A stretch of 24,929 nucleotides of DNA from an uncultured Erysipelotrichaceae bacterium (GCA_902766135.1 CACXCK010000060.1:1-24929), one strand, 5' to 3'; counted from the stretch's first letter, positions 1-8,248 are shown. A program made the numbers and translations. Notes: generated by a model from the sequence alone, not told the origin.

Positions 1-1001
1 GCTAGTACTTCTGCCTTGTTAGCAAGACCATCTATTACACTTGCATCTCCAGCGTAAATCATTCTAATTGAGCCATCTCCATTAATACGTACTATTCGCC
101 AATAATACCCACCAAATTTAACATAATTATTTGTTACATTCCCTCTAAAATAATAAGAGGTTCCATAATCATCTTCTAATTCAAACAACCCACTTGTTTG
201 CTCTGCTTTTCCATCGTTATCTACATTAGCTGCTCTTGGGGCTATAATACTAAAGTCAGGATTAGAGGTAGTACTTGGAGTTACAACTAAAGTACTATCT
301 AATGCTTGCAGTTGTTCTAATGTTTCCATTGATGGGTCTGTTACTTCAAGTACATATTTAACTGTTATTTTACTACTAAAATCTAGTCCTTGTTGAGCAT
401 TTTGATTACCATTATCTAAGTATTCATAAATAGCATAATATGTATAGAATCCATCTGGTGTTGTATCAGGTGTTTCAAATTCGGCTCCATCTATATTAAA
501 TTCTACTTGTTCTAATACTGTTTCATCTGTATTTTTTAAAGGCCCTTCATATACCTTTGTAAGACTACCAGTTATTAGTAAATTATCTTGTTTTACATAT
601 CTGTTATTGGAAACTGTTAAAGATCCTTCTTCACTTGTAATACTGTTTTCATCACTGTCACTTGTTTTATATATAGTTAGTTTTATGTCATTATTAAACG
701 CCGCTGGAACAGTTGCTTGTAAGTCTATTTCATACACTCCATGTCCATCACTATAAGGCCCAATTGTAAATTTTTGAACCCCGATAAAACCAGGATAGAT
801 ATCTCTTCCTATATTTGTTGTATCAAATGTATCCTCCCCGTAAAACTCTACTTCACCTATTGTTGCCGTACGAGCACTAGCTTCGGCATTCGTATTACCG
901 GTACCTTGTACTTGTGCCATATAATAGGCATAAGTTATACCTATTGTTATGACTAAGATGCTTATTATCAAAAGTGTTAAGCTATACTTTTTGTTATTCA
1001 T
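1..1001 (-). CDS. Secreted protein with TasA/CalY-like N-terminal module and DUF6273-like downstream domain; 3' end outside the window; paralog of 6467..8167
   Basis: Not in the ORF track. Manual translation: ATG at 1001 after an AGAGGT RBS, then 333 stop-free codons to the edge. Reads MNNKKYSLTLLIISILVITIGITYAYY...IYPGFIGVQKFTI...EYLDNGNQNAQQGLDFSSKITVKY...DDYGTSYYFRGNVTNNYVKFGGYYWRIVRINGDGSIRMIY. Approx. 60% identical by hand alignment to the first 215 aa of the 8167 gene. Confidence 0.9.
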   Translation of the reverse strand, partial: MNNKKYSLTLLIISILVITIGITYAYYMAQVQGTGNTNAEASARTATIGEVEFYGEDTFDTTNIGRDIYPGFIGVQKFTIGPYSDGHGVYEIDLQATVPAAFNNDIKLTIYKTSDSDENSITSEEGSLTVSNNRYVKQDNLLITGSLTKVYEGPLKNTDETVLEQVEFNIDGAEFETPDTTPDGFYTYYAIYEYLDNGNQNAQQGLDFSSKITVKYVLEVTDPSMETLEQLQALDSTLVVTPSTTSNPDFSIIAPRAANVDNDGKAEQTSGLFELEDDYGTSYYFRGNVTNNYVKFGGYYWRIVRINGDGSIRMIYAGDASVIDGLANKAEVL

Positions 1002-1068
1002 TAGTATTACCTCTATTCTACATAAAGGATAACACACTTCATTAATTAATTCTAGACCTAATTATTAT

Positions 1069-1092
1069 AAAAAAAGATAACTTTCGTTATCT
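1069..1092 (-). terminator. Intrinsic terminator of the DUF4153 gene
   Basis: Stem AGATAAC/GTTATCT, GAAA loop on the minus strand, then a T-run; overlaps the TAG stop. Confidence 0.7.
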
Positions 1093-2647
1093 AATGTTTT
1101 AGCAAATATCCTTCCATCAATATATGCTCTACTTTATGCGTTTCTTCATCATAATATAAAGACAAATGTTTAACATAATAACTAGAAGAATCTTTAAAAT
1201 GAATATTTTTTTCTTCTACCTTACCATTCTTCATAGCCCGCTCTAAGAAGACTTTAATACCATCTTCTAAGCCTTCAACATCATGAAACATATTATAAGA
1301 TAAGGAAGAAATTTCTACCCCTTCTGTAAATGATTCATCCATAACTACTTCCATCAAATATTTATAATCCCCAATTGGTATTTCTCTTGTATCATCATAA
1401 TAATATAATTCCTTATATTTATCACTATTATCACCATAATAACTTCTAATCGAAGACACATTTACATATGAAGGTAACTGTCCAAGTTCATGATTATGAT
1501 ACAAATACCAATAAGCACTCACCATTTTTTCTTTTTCTTCTTTAGAGTATTCGTCAAAAGATGTTCCTTCTTTATAAATACTTGTTATTCTTCTAACTTG
1601 ATTTTTAATAGAAACATTCTTCATATTTACATATGGAAGTGAAAAAGAAATAATAACAAAACAAGCCCCAACAAGCAAAATATATTTTAACCAATTTAAT
1701 TTTTCCAATATTATTACCAAAAGAACTAGTATCTCTAAAAGTATAAACACTATTCCTAAATATCGCATCTCCGTAATACCATACGAATTAATTCTTAAAT
1801 ATAAACTATAACTTTGAACAAAAAGTAAAATAACAAACAAATAAGGAAGAATAGTTATTATTTTCTTACTAAGTCCTACTTCTCTTCTCTGAAGTAAAAC
1901 TAAAACAAAACTTCCAACCACAATAAGCCATAAAATAATAGAATACAAAATATTAGAAGGTACTTCTCTAACAACAATTATCTTTATTAAATATATAAAT
2001 AGTATTCCAGTCGTTAGTAATACCAAAGGAAATAATATGTACTTAACAATAATTCTAACAATTGCAAATATATCACTATGAATATAATGAAAACATAATA
2101 ACTGTCCAGGCAAAAAAACAAATCCCACCCATAACATACTAAGTCTAGAATATAAATCAACCGTAAAATTATTAATTAATAAAGAATGAATTACAAAAGC
2201 GATAAACAAAAGCCCAAAAAGAATAATCATGGATACAACCCCAAATATTAATTCATTTTGGAAAACATTCCACAGATAATTATCAATACTTTCCTTACTC
2301 TTACTAACAATTTTATACAATGAAAGAATAGCCAAAGCCCCGAATATTCCAAACATAAATAAACCATGAGATGGTAAAAATATACGGCATACTAAAGCAA
2401 AAACAAACCCAACAATATAAAAAATAATACGCCACGTTTTATCAGAAAAAAACGACTCAATTGTAAGTAAAACAACCAGATATAAACAAAGCACTTCCAC
2501 AAAAGAACTAATAGTGCTAGACTCTAGCCCAAAAATTACAAACAATAAAGTCATAATAAATAAAATCAAAAACGTAAATCGATAACTACTAAATACATCT
2601 TTAAAGCAATCAATAACTTGCTTTTTATAATCTTTAACATTTTTCAT
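1091..2647 (-). CDS. DUF4153-family multi-pass membrane protein
   Basis: Many hydrophobic segments and an LRINSYGITEMRY motif typical of DUF4153. ATG at 2647 lies 7 nt after a GGAGGG RBS, preferred to the TTG at 2653. Confidence 0.75.
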   Translation of the reverse strand: MKNVKDYKKQVIDCFKDVFSSYRFTFLILFIMTLLFVIFGLESSTISSFVEVLCLYLVVLLTIESFFSDKTWRIIFYIVGFVFALVCRIFLPSHGLFMFGIFGALAILSLYKIVSKSKESIDNYLWNVFQNELIFGVVSMIILFGLLFIAFVIHSLLINNFTVDLYSRLSMLWVGFVFLPGQLLCFHYIHSDIFAIVRIIVKYILFPLVLLTTGILFIYLIKIIVVREVPSNILYSIILWLIVVGSFVLVLLQRREVGLSKKIITILPYLFVILLFVQSYSLYLRINSYGITEMRYLGIVFILLEILVLLVIILEKLNWLKYILLVGACFVIISFSLPYVNMKNVSIKNQVRRITSIYKEGTSFDEYSKEEKEKMVSAYWYLYHNHELGQLPSYVNVSSIRSYYGDNSDKYKELYYYDDTREIPIGDYKYLMEVVMDESFTEGVEISSLSYNMFHDVEGLEDGIKVFLERAMKNGKVEEKNIHFKDSSSYYVKHLSLYYDEETHKVEHILMEGYLLKH

Positions 2648-2667
2648 AAGCAAACCCTCCTAACTTC

Positions 2668-2696
2668 ATTATAATTGCAAAAAACTAAAAAGACAA
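2668..2696 (-). promoter_or_regulatory. SigA-type promoter for the DUF4153 gene
   Basis: TTGTCT-17 nt-TATAAT; the -35 lies in the upstream terminator stem. Confidence 0.6.
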
Positions 2697-2725
2697 TACT
2701 AAATCTTTTTAAGTATTGCCTTTTT
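2687..2725 (-). terminator. Intrinsic terminator of the SMI1/KNR4 gene
   Basis: Minus-strand stem AAAAGGCAATACT/AGTATTGTCTTTT (one G-U pair) directly after the stop. Confidence 0.65.
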
Positions 2726-3260
2726 AATCTGTATTATCTAACTTATATGGAATAGGTTCTAGTGAACCATCACTAATCATCTCAATAGAAGCATCAGTTT
2801 CATCACCTAAAAAATCATTAAAACTATCCCAAATAGTATCAAAATCTTGTTCTTCTACATTCCACAAATATACTTTATCATTATCTTTACTAACACATAT
2901 AGGGTCTCCATAACTTCTTAAACCAATAATGTAATATCCTTCTGGTAGCCCCAATGTTTTATAATTCTCTTCCTTATTATTTTCATCAAAAGACGCAAAA
3001 TCTAAATCTAACTCATTATCATAATTATCCATTGACAATAAAGTAGAATCAAACAATAACCCCCCATTACATACACGATACCATAGTAAAACAGCACTAG
3101 GTATATGCGAAAATTTCATCTTTAATTGATCACTAATCACCATGTTTCCATTTCTTAATAAATGAAACTCATCAAATTTTTCCATCCTGTTAATAGTCTC
3201 TAACATGTCTTCATTATCTTGATAAACCTGTCTTGCATTGTCATAATCTAATAATGCCAT
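2724..3260 (-). CDS. SMI1/KNR4 (SUKH) family protein
   Basis: Pattern IPSAVLLWYRVCNGG...GLPEGYYIIG..SYGDPICV...KVYLW......WDSFNDFL; GGAGG RBS. Confidence 0.75.
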   Translation of the reverse strand: MALLDYDNARQVYQDNEDMLETINRMEKFDEFHLLRNGNMVISDQLKMKFSHIPSAVLLWYRVCNGGLLFDSTLLSMDNYDNELDLDFASFDENNKEENYKTLGLPEGYYIIGLRSYGDPICVSKDNDKVYLWNVEEQDFDTIWDSFNDFLGDETDASIEMISDGSLEPIPYKLDNTD

Positions 3261-3282
3261 AAAAAGATTCCTCCATAATTAA

Positions 3283-3356
3283 TGGTGCCAACTATGAGAA
3301 TCGGACTCATGTTTCATGATTACCATTCATGCGTACTACCACTGTACTAAGTCGGC
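3283..3356 (-). tRNA. tRNA-Thr (anticodon GGT), CCA encoded
   Basis: 74-nt cloverleaf: acceptor GCCGACT/AGTTGGC, D stem GTAC/GTAC, anticodon stem CATGA/TCATG with loop ATGGTAA, T stem ATGAG/CTCAT with loop TCCGATT, ending ACCA. Confidence 0.95.
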
Positions 3357-3399
3357 ACACCATCATTTTAACATATAATAATAGAAATAGAAATATTTT

Positions 3400-4281
3400 T
3401 TATTTTCTTTTATTTTCACTAATAAGTTCCATATCCACACTTAATTGTTTAATTCTTTCCATTATTCTTCTTGCTTTAATCTTACTATCAACTTCATCTC
3501 TTGAGACAAAATGATTCTCTAATTCATCTATAGTTAAATTAGAAGTAAAGAATGTTGTTTTATTTTGATTCATTCGATGCTGTAAAATTGTTCCCAAAAC
3601 TTCATCCCGACTCCATTCTGTAACTTTCTCAGCCCCAATATCATCAATACACAAAATATCAACATTAAGTAAAGTATTGATTTTTCTATCATATAATTCC
3701 CAATCACTTTTCAATTCTCTTATTAACTCAGGAAAATACACAACCATGGTACTAACCATTTTTTTCTCTTCTAACTCATGAAGTAATGCACTAACCAAAA
3801 AAGTTTTTCCACAACCAAAACTACCATGTAAATAAAGTCCTTTTAAATTAGTTTTATAATCATACTTATCATAAAAGTCATCAAGCCACTTAATAACCTC
3901 TATTCGTCTCTTATCTTTAACATCAATATCTTTCATTCTGGCTTTTTCATTAGTCTTTTCTTCACTCTCTCTGGTTACTTTCAACTCATGCATCTTTTTT
4001 GTATAACGGCACGCATCATAGAAAAAAGATATTTTCCCATTTTCTTTTTTAGGCATTGATACATATCCAGGATAAGCATTTTTACACATAAATAATCCTT
4101 TACAGTTCTTACAATTAAGTAACTCCTCGCAAGTGTTTTGAAGCTTTGAAGTTCTCTTCATTACCTCTTCTTTACTCCAATGAAGTTTATTAACTAACTT
4201 TTTAAAGACTTCATCATTCATAGCCTCTTGATAATTCTTCTCTAAACTTATAATTTGTTCATCACTTAAAGTAAACTTCAT
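3400..4281 (-). CDS. dnaI: Primosomal helicase loader DnaI
   Basis: N-terminal Cys cluster (CKNC...C), Walker A GSFGCGKT, Walker B LCIDDIGAE, TFFTSN, ARRIMERI; follows dnaB as in Bacilli. Confidence 0.95.
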   Translation of the reverse strand: MKFTLSDEQIISLEKNYQEAMNDEVFKKLVNKLHWSKEEVMKRTSKLQNTCEELLNCKNCKGLFMCKNAYPGYVSMPKKENGKISFFYDACRYTKKMHELKVTRESEEKTNEKARMKDIDVKDKRRIEVIKWLDDFYDKYDYKTNLKGLYLHGSFGCGKTFLVSALLHELEEKKMVSTMVVYFPELIRELKSDWELYDRKINTLLNVDILCIDDIGAEKVTEWSRDEVLGTILQHRMNQNKTTFFTSNLTIDELENHFVSRDEVDSKIKARRIMERIKQLSVDMELISENKRK

Positions 4282-4295
4282 ACCATCACCATCTC

Positions 4296-5573
4296 CTAAT
4301 CATGATATTTCTTTAACATTTCATCTAATTCTTTTTCTTCCTCTACTGACAAAGATTCTTTTTCAATTTGTTCATTAAACCACACTGGCATCTTTTCATT
4401 AACAACACGTTTAGTCTCTTTCTGTAATTTACTAACATATTTCTTATGCTCTTTTTCGGCAACTTCCATCGCCTCTTTAGCAGTCTTTATATTAAGCCTT
4501 TTCCATTGCCCCGCGATTGTTTCAATAAAAGCATTATTTAATTTATTATTATTCTTTTTTAAAACATAATCAATTAAAACATTTACTACTGCCGGTTTAA
4601 GTTCTAAATCTACAAGCAAATATTCAAGTATTTTTAAATCTCTATTAGTAGGCGCAACTCCCTTATATTTACTTGATAAAAAGTCATAAGGACTCATATT
4701 CTCAAACACTTCTATTATTTGTCCTTTTTTACTCATATCCCCTGTTGGGCTTTTCAAATACTCAGGCTGTGAACGATAAACCAAAGTAGGTAATTTTCCA
4801 TAATTATTATACTGATAATACTTTCTAGTTTGCACCCTTAAATTATCTCTATCCAAATAACCATTCTCATTAATTGATAATCTTATAATCTCAATCATTT
4901 TTAAAGTATCAATATTATATACTAAAGCTAGTTCATTAATTAATTCTCGAACCTTTTTAGTAAAAGTTCTTTCATGAACAACACCCTTAGGAAGACTACT
5001 AATAATAAGATCAAAATCAACTTGATCATGCATTTGAATCGAAGAGCTTTCCTTTCCAACAGCTTCAAAAGAAGGTAAGATATTAGAACTTTCAAAAACA
5101 TCATCAAACAAAGACGTAATATTATCATAATCTTTTAAGGAAATATTCATCGTCTGAAATTCACTTTTTAAATCATCATATTCCTTAGCCCCAACATTAT
5201 TATATAAAACAACATTAAAAATCGGATTAGAAAAGAATTCTCTTGGTGTCATAGGTGAATATAATTCATACACATACTGATTCTGTTCACCAGCTTTATA
5301 AAATGTTTTTAACAGTCCCATTCCTTCTAAGGCTTTCCGAGACTTCTTAATATCTTCTAAAGACACTTTTAAAAGCGTCATCAAATGATGATGTGTATAA
5401 TCAGCACTCACAAAATGATACCTATCTAAATCACGCCATAAAGTCAAAAACAAACTAACTGCTACAGCTCCAATAATAGGTTCATATAAACTAACAAGAA
5501 TCTTTTTATCTTCTTCTGTTAAGATTGTTTTATTTACAACTATATATTTATCTGCAGGTAATAATGTAACCAT
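4296..5573 (-). CDS. dnaB: Replication initiation and membrane attachment protein DnaB (Bacilli type)
   Basis: LLPADKY start, LYEPIIG, YELYSP, VVNVLIDYVL, FIETIAGQW; dnaB-dnaI synteny. Confidence 0.93.
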   Translation of the reverse strand: MVTLLPADKYIVVNKTILTEEDKKILVSLYEPIIGAVAVSLFLTLWRDLDRYHFVSADYTHHHLMTLLKVSLEDIKKSRKALEGMGLLKTFYKAGEQNQYVYELYSPMTPREFFSNPIFNVVLYNNVGAKEYDDLKSEFQTMNISLKDYDNITSLFDDVFESSNILPSFEAVGKESSSIQMHDQVDFDLIISSLPKGVVHERTFTKKVRELINELALVYNIDTLKMIEIIRLSINENGYLDRDNLRVQTRKYYQYNNYGKLPTLVYRSQPEYLKSPTGDMSKKGQIIEVFENMSPYDFLSSKYKGVAPTNRDLKILEYLLVDLELKPAVVNVLIDYVLKKNNNKLNNAFIETIAGQWKRLNIKTAKEAMEVAEKEHKKYVSKLQKETKRVVNEKMPVWFNEQIEKESLSVEEEKELDEMLKKYHD

Positions 5574-5589
5574 AAAACCCCCCCATTAA

Positions 5590-6276
5590 TTAACACGCAT
5601 CATCACATATATCTTCTGTAACACTTTTAAACATTGCTACATATACATCTTTAAGTTTCTTAAGACTATCTTTATCTATCTCTTCATCCTCATTTAAAGA
5701 AACCGAATACACACTTTGTATTTCCCCATTATAAACAGCAACTAAAGTTGGCATATATATCCTTTTTTCCCCAACATTAACTTTTTTGCCGTCACTACCC
5801 TCTAACACATATGAAACTAATTCCTTATCTAACGCTTCTAATAATTTTTTATAATCTTTAGTTCCCTCTTTACTTTCAATAGGCTTATTTATTTTATCTA
5901 AAGTATATTCATCTCTATCTTCCATTATATCTAAATAAGCAACATTCCCAAATTTAAGTTCATGGGCTATCTCACTAATTAAAGATATAACACTTCTAGA
6001 ACTATTACTTTTAGCTGAAGCAAACAATATAATCCCGCTTTTCTCTTCTATCATCTTAATTATATCTTCATAACTACGATACACATAAGGATTATCATCA
6101 TCTAATGAAACACTTATATAACCTTCATTACCATTTAATGCTTCATATTCCTCTTTAATTAATACAGCGTCTTTCTTCTTCACTTCCCTTTTATCATTAA
6201 AAGAAAAAAATACACACCCAACTAATACTATAAATACTACACCAAGTAGTCCAATAAACAATTTATTCTCTTTCAT
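5590..6276 (-). CDS. Membrane-anchored thioredoxin-like fold protein lacking the CxxC motif
   Basis: N-terminal TM helix, GIILF strand, IYMPTLVAVYNGEI (cis-Pro/G motif of the Trx fold), C-terminal CDDAC. Start moved to ATG 6276 (MKENKL) from the RBS position. Confidence 0.55.
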   Translation of the reverse strand: MKENKLFIGLLGVVFIVLVGCVFFSFNDKREVKKKDAVLIKEEYEALNGNEGYISVSLDDDNPYVYRSYEDIIKMIEEKSGIILFASAKSNSSRSVISLISEIAHELKFGNVAYLDIMEDRDEYTLDKINKPIESKEGTKDYKKLLEALDKELVSYVLEGSDGKKVNVGEKRIYMPTLVAVYNGEIQSVYSVSLNEDEEIDKDSLKKLKDVYVAMFKSVTEDICDDAC

Positions 6277-6298
6277 AACATATACTTCCTTCCACATA

Positions 6299-6328
6299 AT
6301 TATATAATATAACCAATTAATTAGACAA
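6299..6328 (-). promoter_or_regulatory. SigA-type promoter upstream of the Trx-like gene and dnaB-dnaI
   Basis: TTGTCT-18 nt-TATAAT. Confidence 0.55.
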
Positions 6329-6384
6329 GAAAAAGAATAGAAATATAGTTTTAAAAAAACTATTTAAACATACATTTATACCAT

Positions 6385-6420
6385 AAAAAAACTAATGTAT
6401 TTTTATATTACATTAGTTTT
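6385..6420 (-). terminator. Hairpin/terminator downstream of the putative DGR target gene
   Basis: Perfect 12-bp inverted repeat AAAACTAATGTA (6388-6399)/TACATTAGTTTT (6409-6420), 9-nt loop, T-run on the minus strand. Confidence 0.7.
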
Positions 6421-6466
6421 ACTATTTTCATTTGTTAACCTGATATACATGAAACAATATATTTAC

Positions 6467-8167
6467 TCAAACACTCAAAGTGAATGGGGCACTTGGTGTT
6501 CCTTCCCCTGAAATTTGGACAGAGGATATCAGAAACAAGGCCGGCCGGACAACATAGAGATTGAAAGCAGTGCGGTTGCTGACACGCCCGCCTGAATACA
6601 CGCTGAACACATAGACAGAATAGATGGAATACGCAAACGGCGACATTGTCCATTGATATGTTGAATTATATAACCAGTCATTTGTATAACAATTGTTGGT
6701 ATCGTAATTATTAAGATTGGTATTTGCAAGACAATTTGTTCTTGCTTCTCCTCCTACTGCATACCCATAATCTGATGGACTCATTAAGCCTACATATCCT
6801 TCCCATGTTGTTGTTCTATTTACTGTATCATTACACCAGGAACCTGAAGTACATATCTTTCCAGTATTATTACTTCTTTCGTATTCATAGAATTTACTTG
6901 CAAGTCCTAATCCATCTCCGCTTTTAAAATCATCATTTTCCCCTTGACTTCCTAAGTTCCATGTATGTTTATCTATCATGCTTTTAGCTGATTCACTAAG
7001 TCCTGTTGCACTAAAATCACAGGTAGTATAGGCATTTTTACTTGAATTATAGCAATTTCCTGACTGTTTATTCCAGTACAAACTATTATTGGCATAAGTA
7101 CCTGAAATCGTATTTCCTGAACTATCTTCAGCTAAATTCGTATCAAACCCTGGGTTTAATAGTTTCATTAAGTCTGCTCCCTTGTATGTTCCTGACTCTC
7201 CCCATTGATTAATTCCGTATCCTTTATTTACACTTGATGCAGATGTATCCCATGAATACCCACCTATGGATTCATTCCTGATCAGTTTAATTTGGTTATC
7301 AAACACTCCTATGATTCTCCAGCCTGCTTCTTCTCCATTAAAAGTAACATAGTTGCATGGATTAGACCCTACATATCTTAGGTTTCCAAAGTCGTCATAG
7401 GCTAAAGTGTTGGTACACCCAGATGCATCTGTTCCTTTATCTATAACTGCTGTACTCGCAGGGTCTGCATCCCCTACAAGGCTAAGAATTGCATCAGCAG
7501 CATATTTAGTCTTCTCTTTTAAATACTTAACTGTAATCTTACTACTAAAATTATAACCTTGTTGACTGTTTTGATCACCATTATTTAAATATTCATATAC
7601 GGCATAATACGTATAATATCCATCTGGTGTTACTGTAGGTATCGTAAATGCATCATTTAAAATAGTAAATTCTACTTGTTCTAAAACTGTTTTAGAAGTA
7701 GAAACTAAACTATCTTCATAAACTTTAGTTAAAGTGCCATTAACATTTAAAGTATCTTGCTTTACAAATTGATTATTTATAATCGTTAAACTTCCTTCTT
7801 CTCTTGTTAAATTATTAACACCTGTATTACTTGATTTGTAAAGAGTAAGTTTTATATCATTTAAAAACACTTCAGGGACATTGGCTTGTAAGTCTATTTC
7901 ATATACGTTAGACCCATCTTGATAAGGCGATATTGTAAACTCTTGAACACCAATAAAACCAGGATATATTTCATCTAAGTTAGCAGTATCAAAAGTATTA
8001 CCACCGTTAAACTCCACTTCCCCGATTTGACTTGTAACCGTAGTTGAAGTTGCATTAACATCTGTGGTGCCACTAACACCAGAAGCGTAATAAGCATATG
8101 TAATACTTAAAGTAACAACCAATATACTTAGAATAACTATTAATAATATAACTCTTTTTTTATTCAT
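6467..8167 (-). CDS. Secreted 566-aa protein: signal peptide, TasA/CalY-like module, DUF6273/C-type-lectin-like C-terminal domain; putative DGR target
   Basis: ATG 8167 lies 6 nt after AGGAGA; the ORF-track start at 8251 runs through the promoter and terminator. Motifs: ITYAYY, EYLNNGDQNSQQG, NYVTFNG..WRIIG, VGLMSPSDYGYA, WTMSP...VFSV.SGG.V....A.....VRPALFL. Confidence 0.9.
   Translation of the reverse strand: MNKKRVILLIVILSILVVTLSITYAYYASGVSGTTDVNATSTTVTSQIGEVEFNGGNTFDTANLDEIYPGFIGVQEFTISPYQDGSNVYEIDLQANVPEVFLNDIKLTLYKSSNTGVNNLTREEGSLTIINNQFVKQDTLNVNGTLTKVYEDSLVSTSKTVLEQVEFTILNDAFTIPTVTPDGYYTYYAVYEYLNNGDQNSQQGYNFSSKITVKYLKEKTKYAADAILSLVGDADPASTAVIDKGTDASGCTNTLAYDDFGNLRYVGSNPCNYVTFNGEEAGWRIIGVFDNQIKLIRNESIGGYSWDTSASSVNKGYGINQWGESGTYKGADLMKLLNPGFDTNLAEDSSGNTISGTYANNSLYWNKQSGNCYNSSKNAYTTCDFSATGLSESAKSMIDKHTWNLGSQGENDDFKSGDGLGLASKFYEYERSNNTGKICTSGSWCNDTVNRTTTWEGYVGLMSPSDYGYAVGGEARTNCLANTNLNNYDTNNCYTNDWLYNSTYQWTMSPFAYSIYSVYVFSVYSGGRVSNRTAFNLYVVRPALFLISSVQISGEGTPSAPFTLSV
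6520..6655 (-). other. Putative DGR variable region (VR); boundaries approximate
   Basis: 57/110 G+C at 6541-6650 versus 15/60 at 6661-6720. Coding-strand A is 14/100 at 6541-6640. 25 of 30 codons from TTT(6637) to GTC end in T/C. Confidence 0.75.
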
Positions 8168-8191
8168 GTCCTGTCTCCTATTTACATATAA

Positions 8192-8220
8192 ATTATATAA
8201 TAAATCACAATTTCTATCAA
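8192..8220 (-). promoter_or_regulatory. SigA-type promoter of the putative DGR target gene
   Basis: TTGATA-17 nt-TATAAT, 25 nt upstream of the ATG. Confidence 0.75.
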
Positions 8221-8221
8221 T

Positions 8222-8248
8222 AAAAAACATCCTCATATGAGGATGTTT
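8222..8248 (-). terminator. Intrinsic terminator of the YIP1-like gene
   Basis: Stem AAACATCCTC/GAGGATGTTT, 4-nt loop, T-run on the minus strand. Confidence 0.8.

Noticed and set aside
741-956. Plus-strand 71-aa ORF
   Set aside because: Antisense shadow of the real minus-strand gene 1..1001.
3357-3399. T-box or riboswitch after dnaI (thrS follows dnaI in Bacillus)
   Set aside because: Only 43 AT-rich nt with no T-box motif; the feature here is a tRNA-Thr gene.
6435-6927. ORFs 6435..6653, 6529..6729 and 6724..6927
   Set aside because: They overlap the 566-aa gene in other frames or strands. The two minus-strand ones stay open because the GC-rich, A-poor VR lacks stops. No RBS support.
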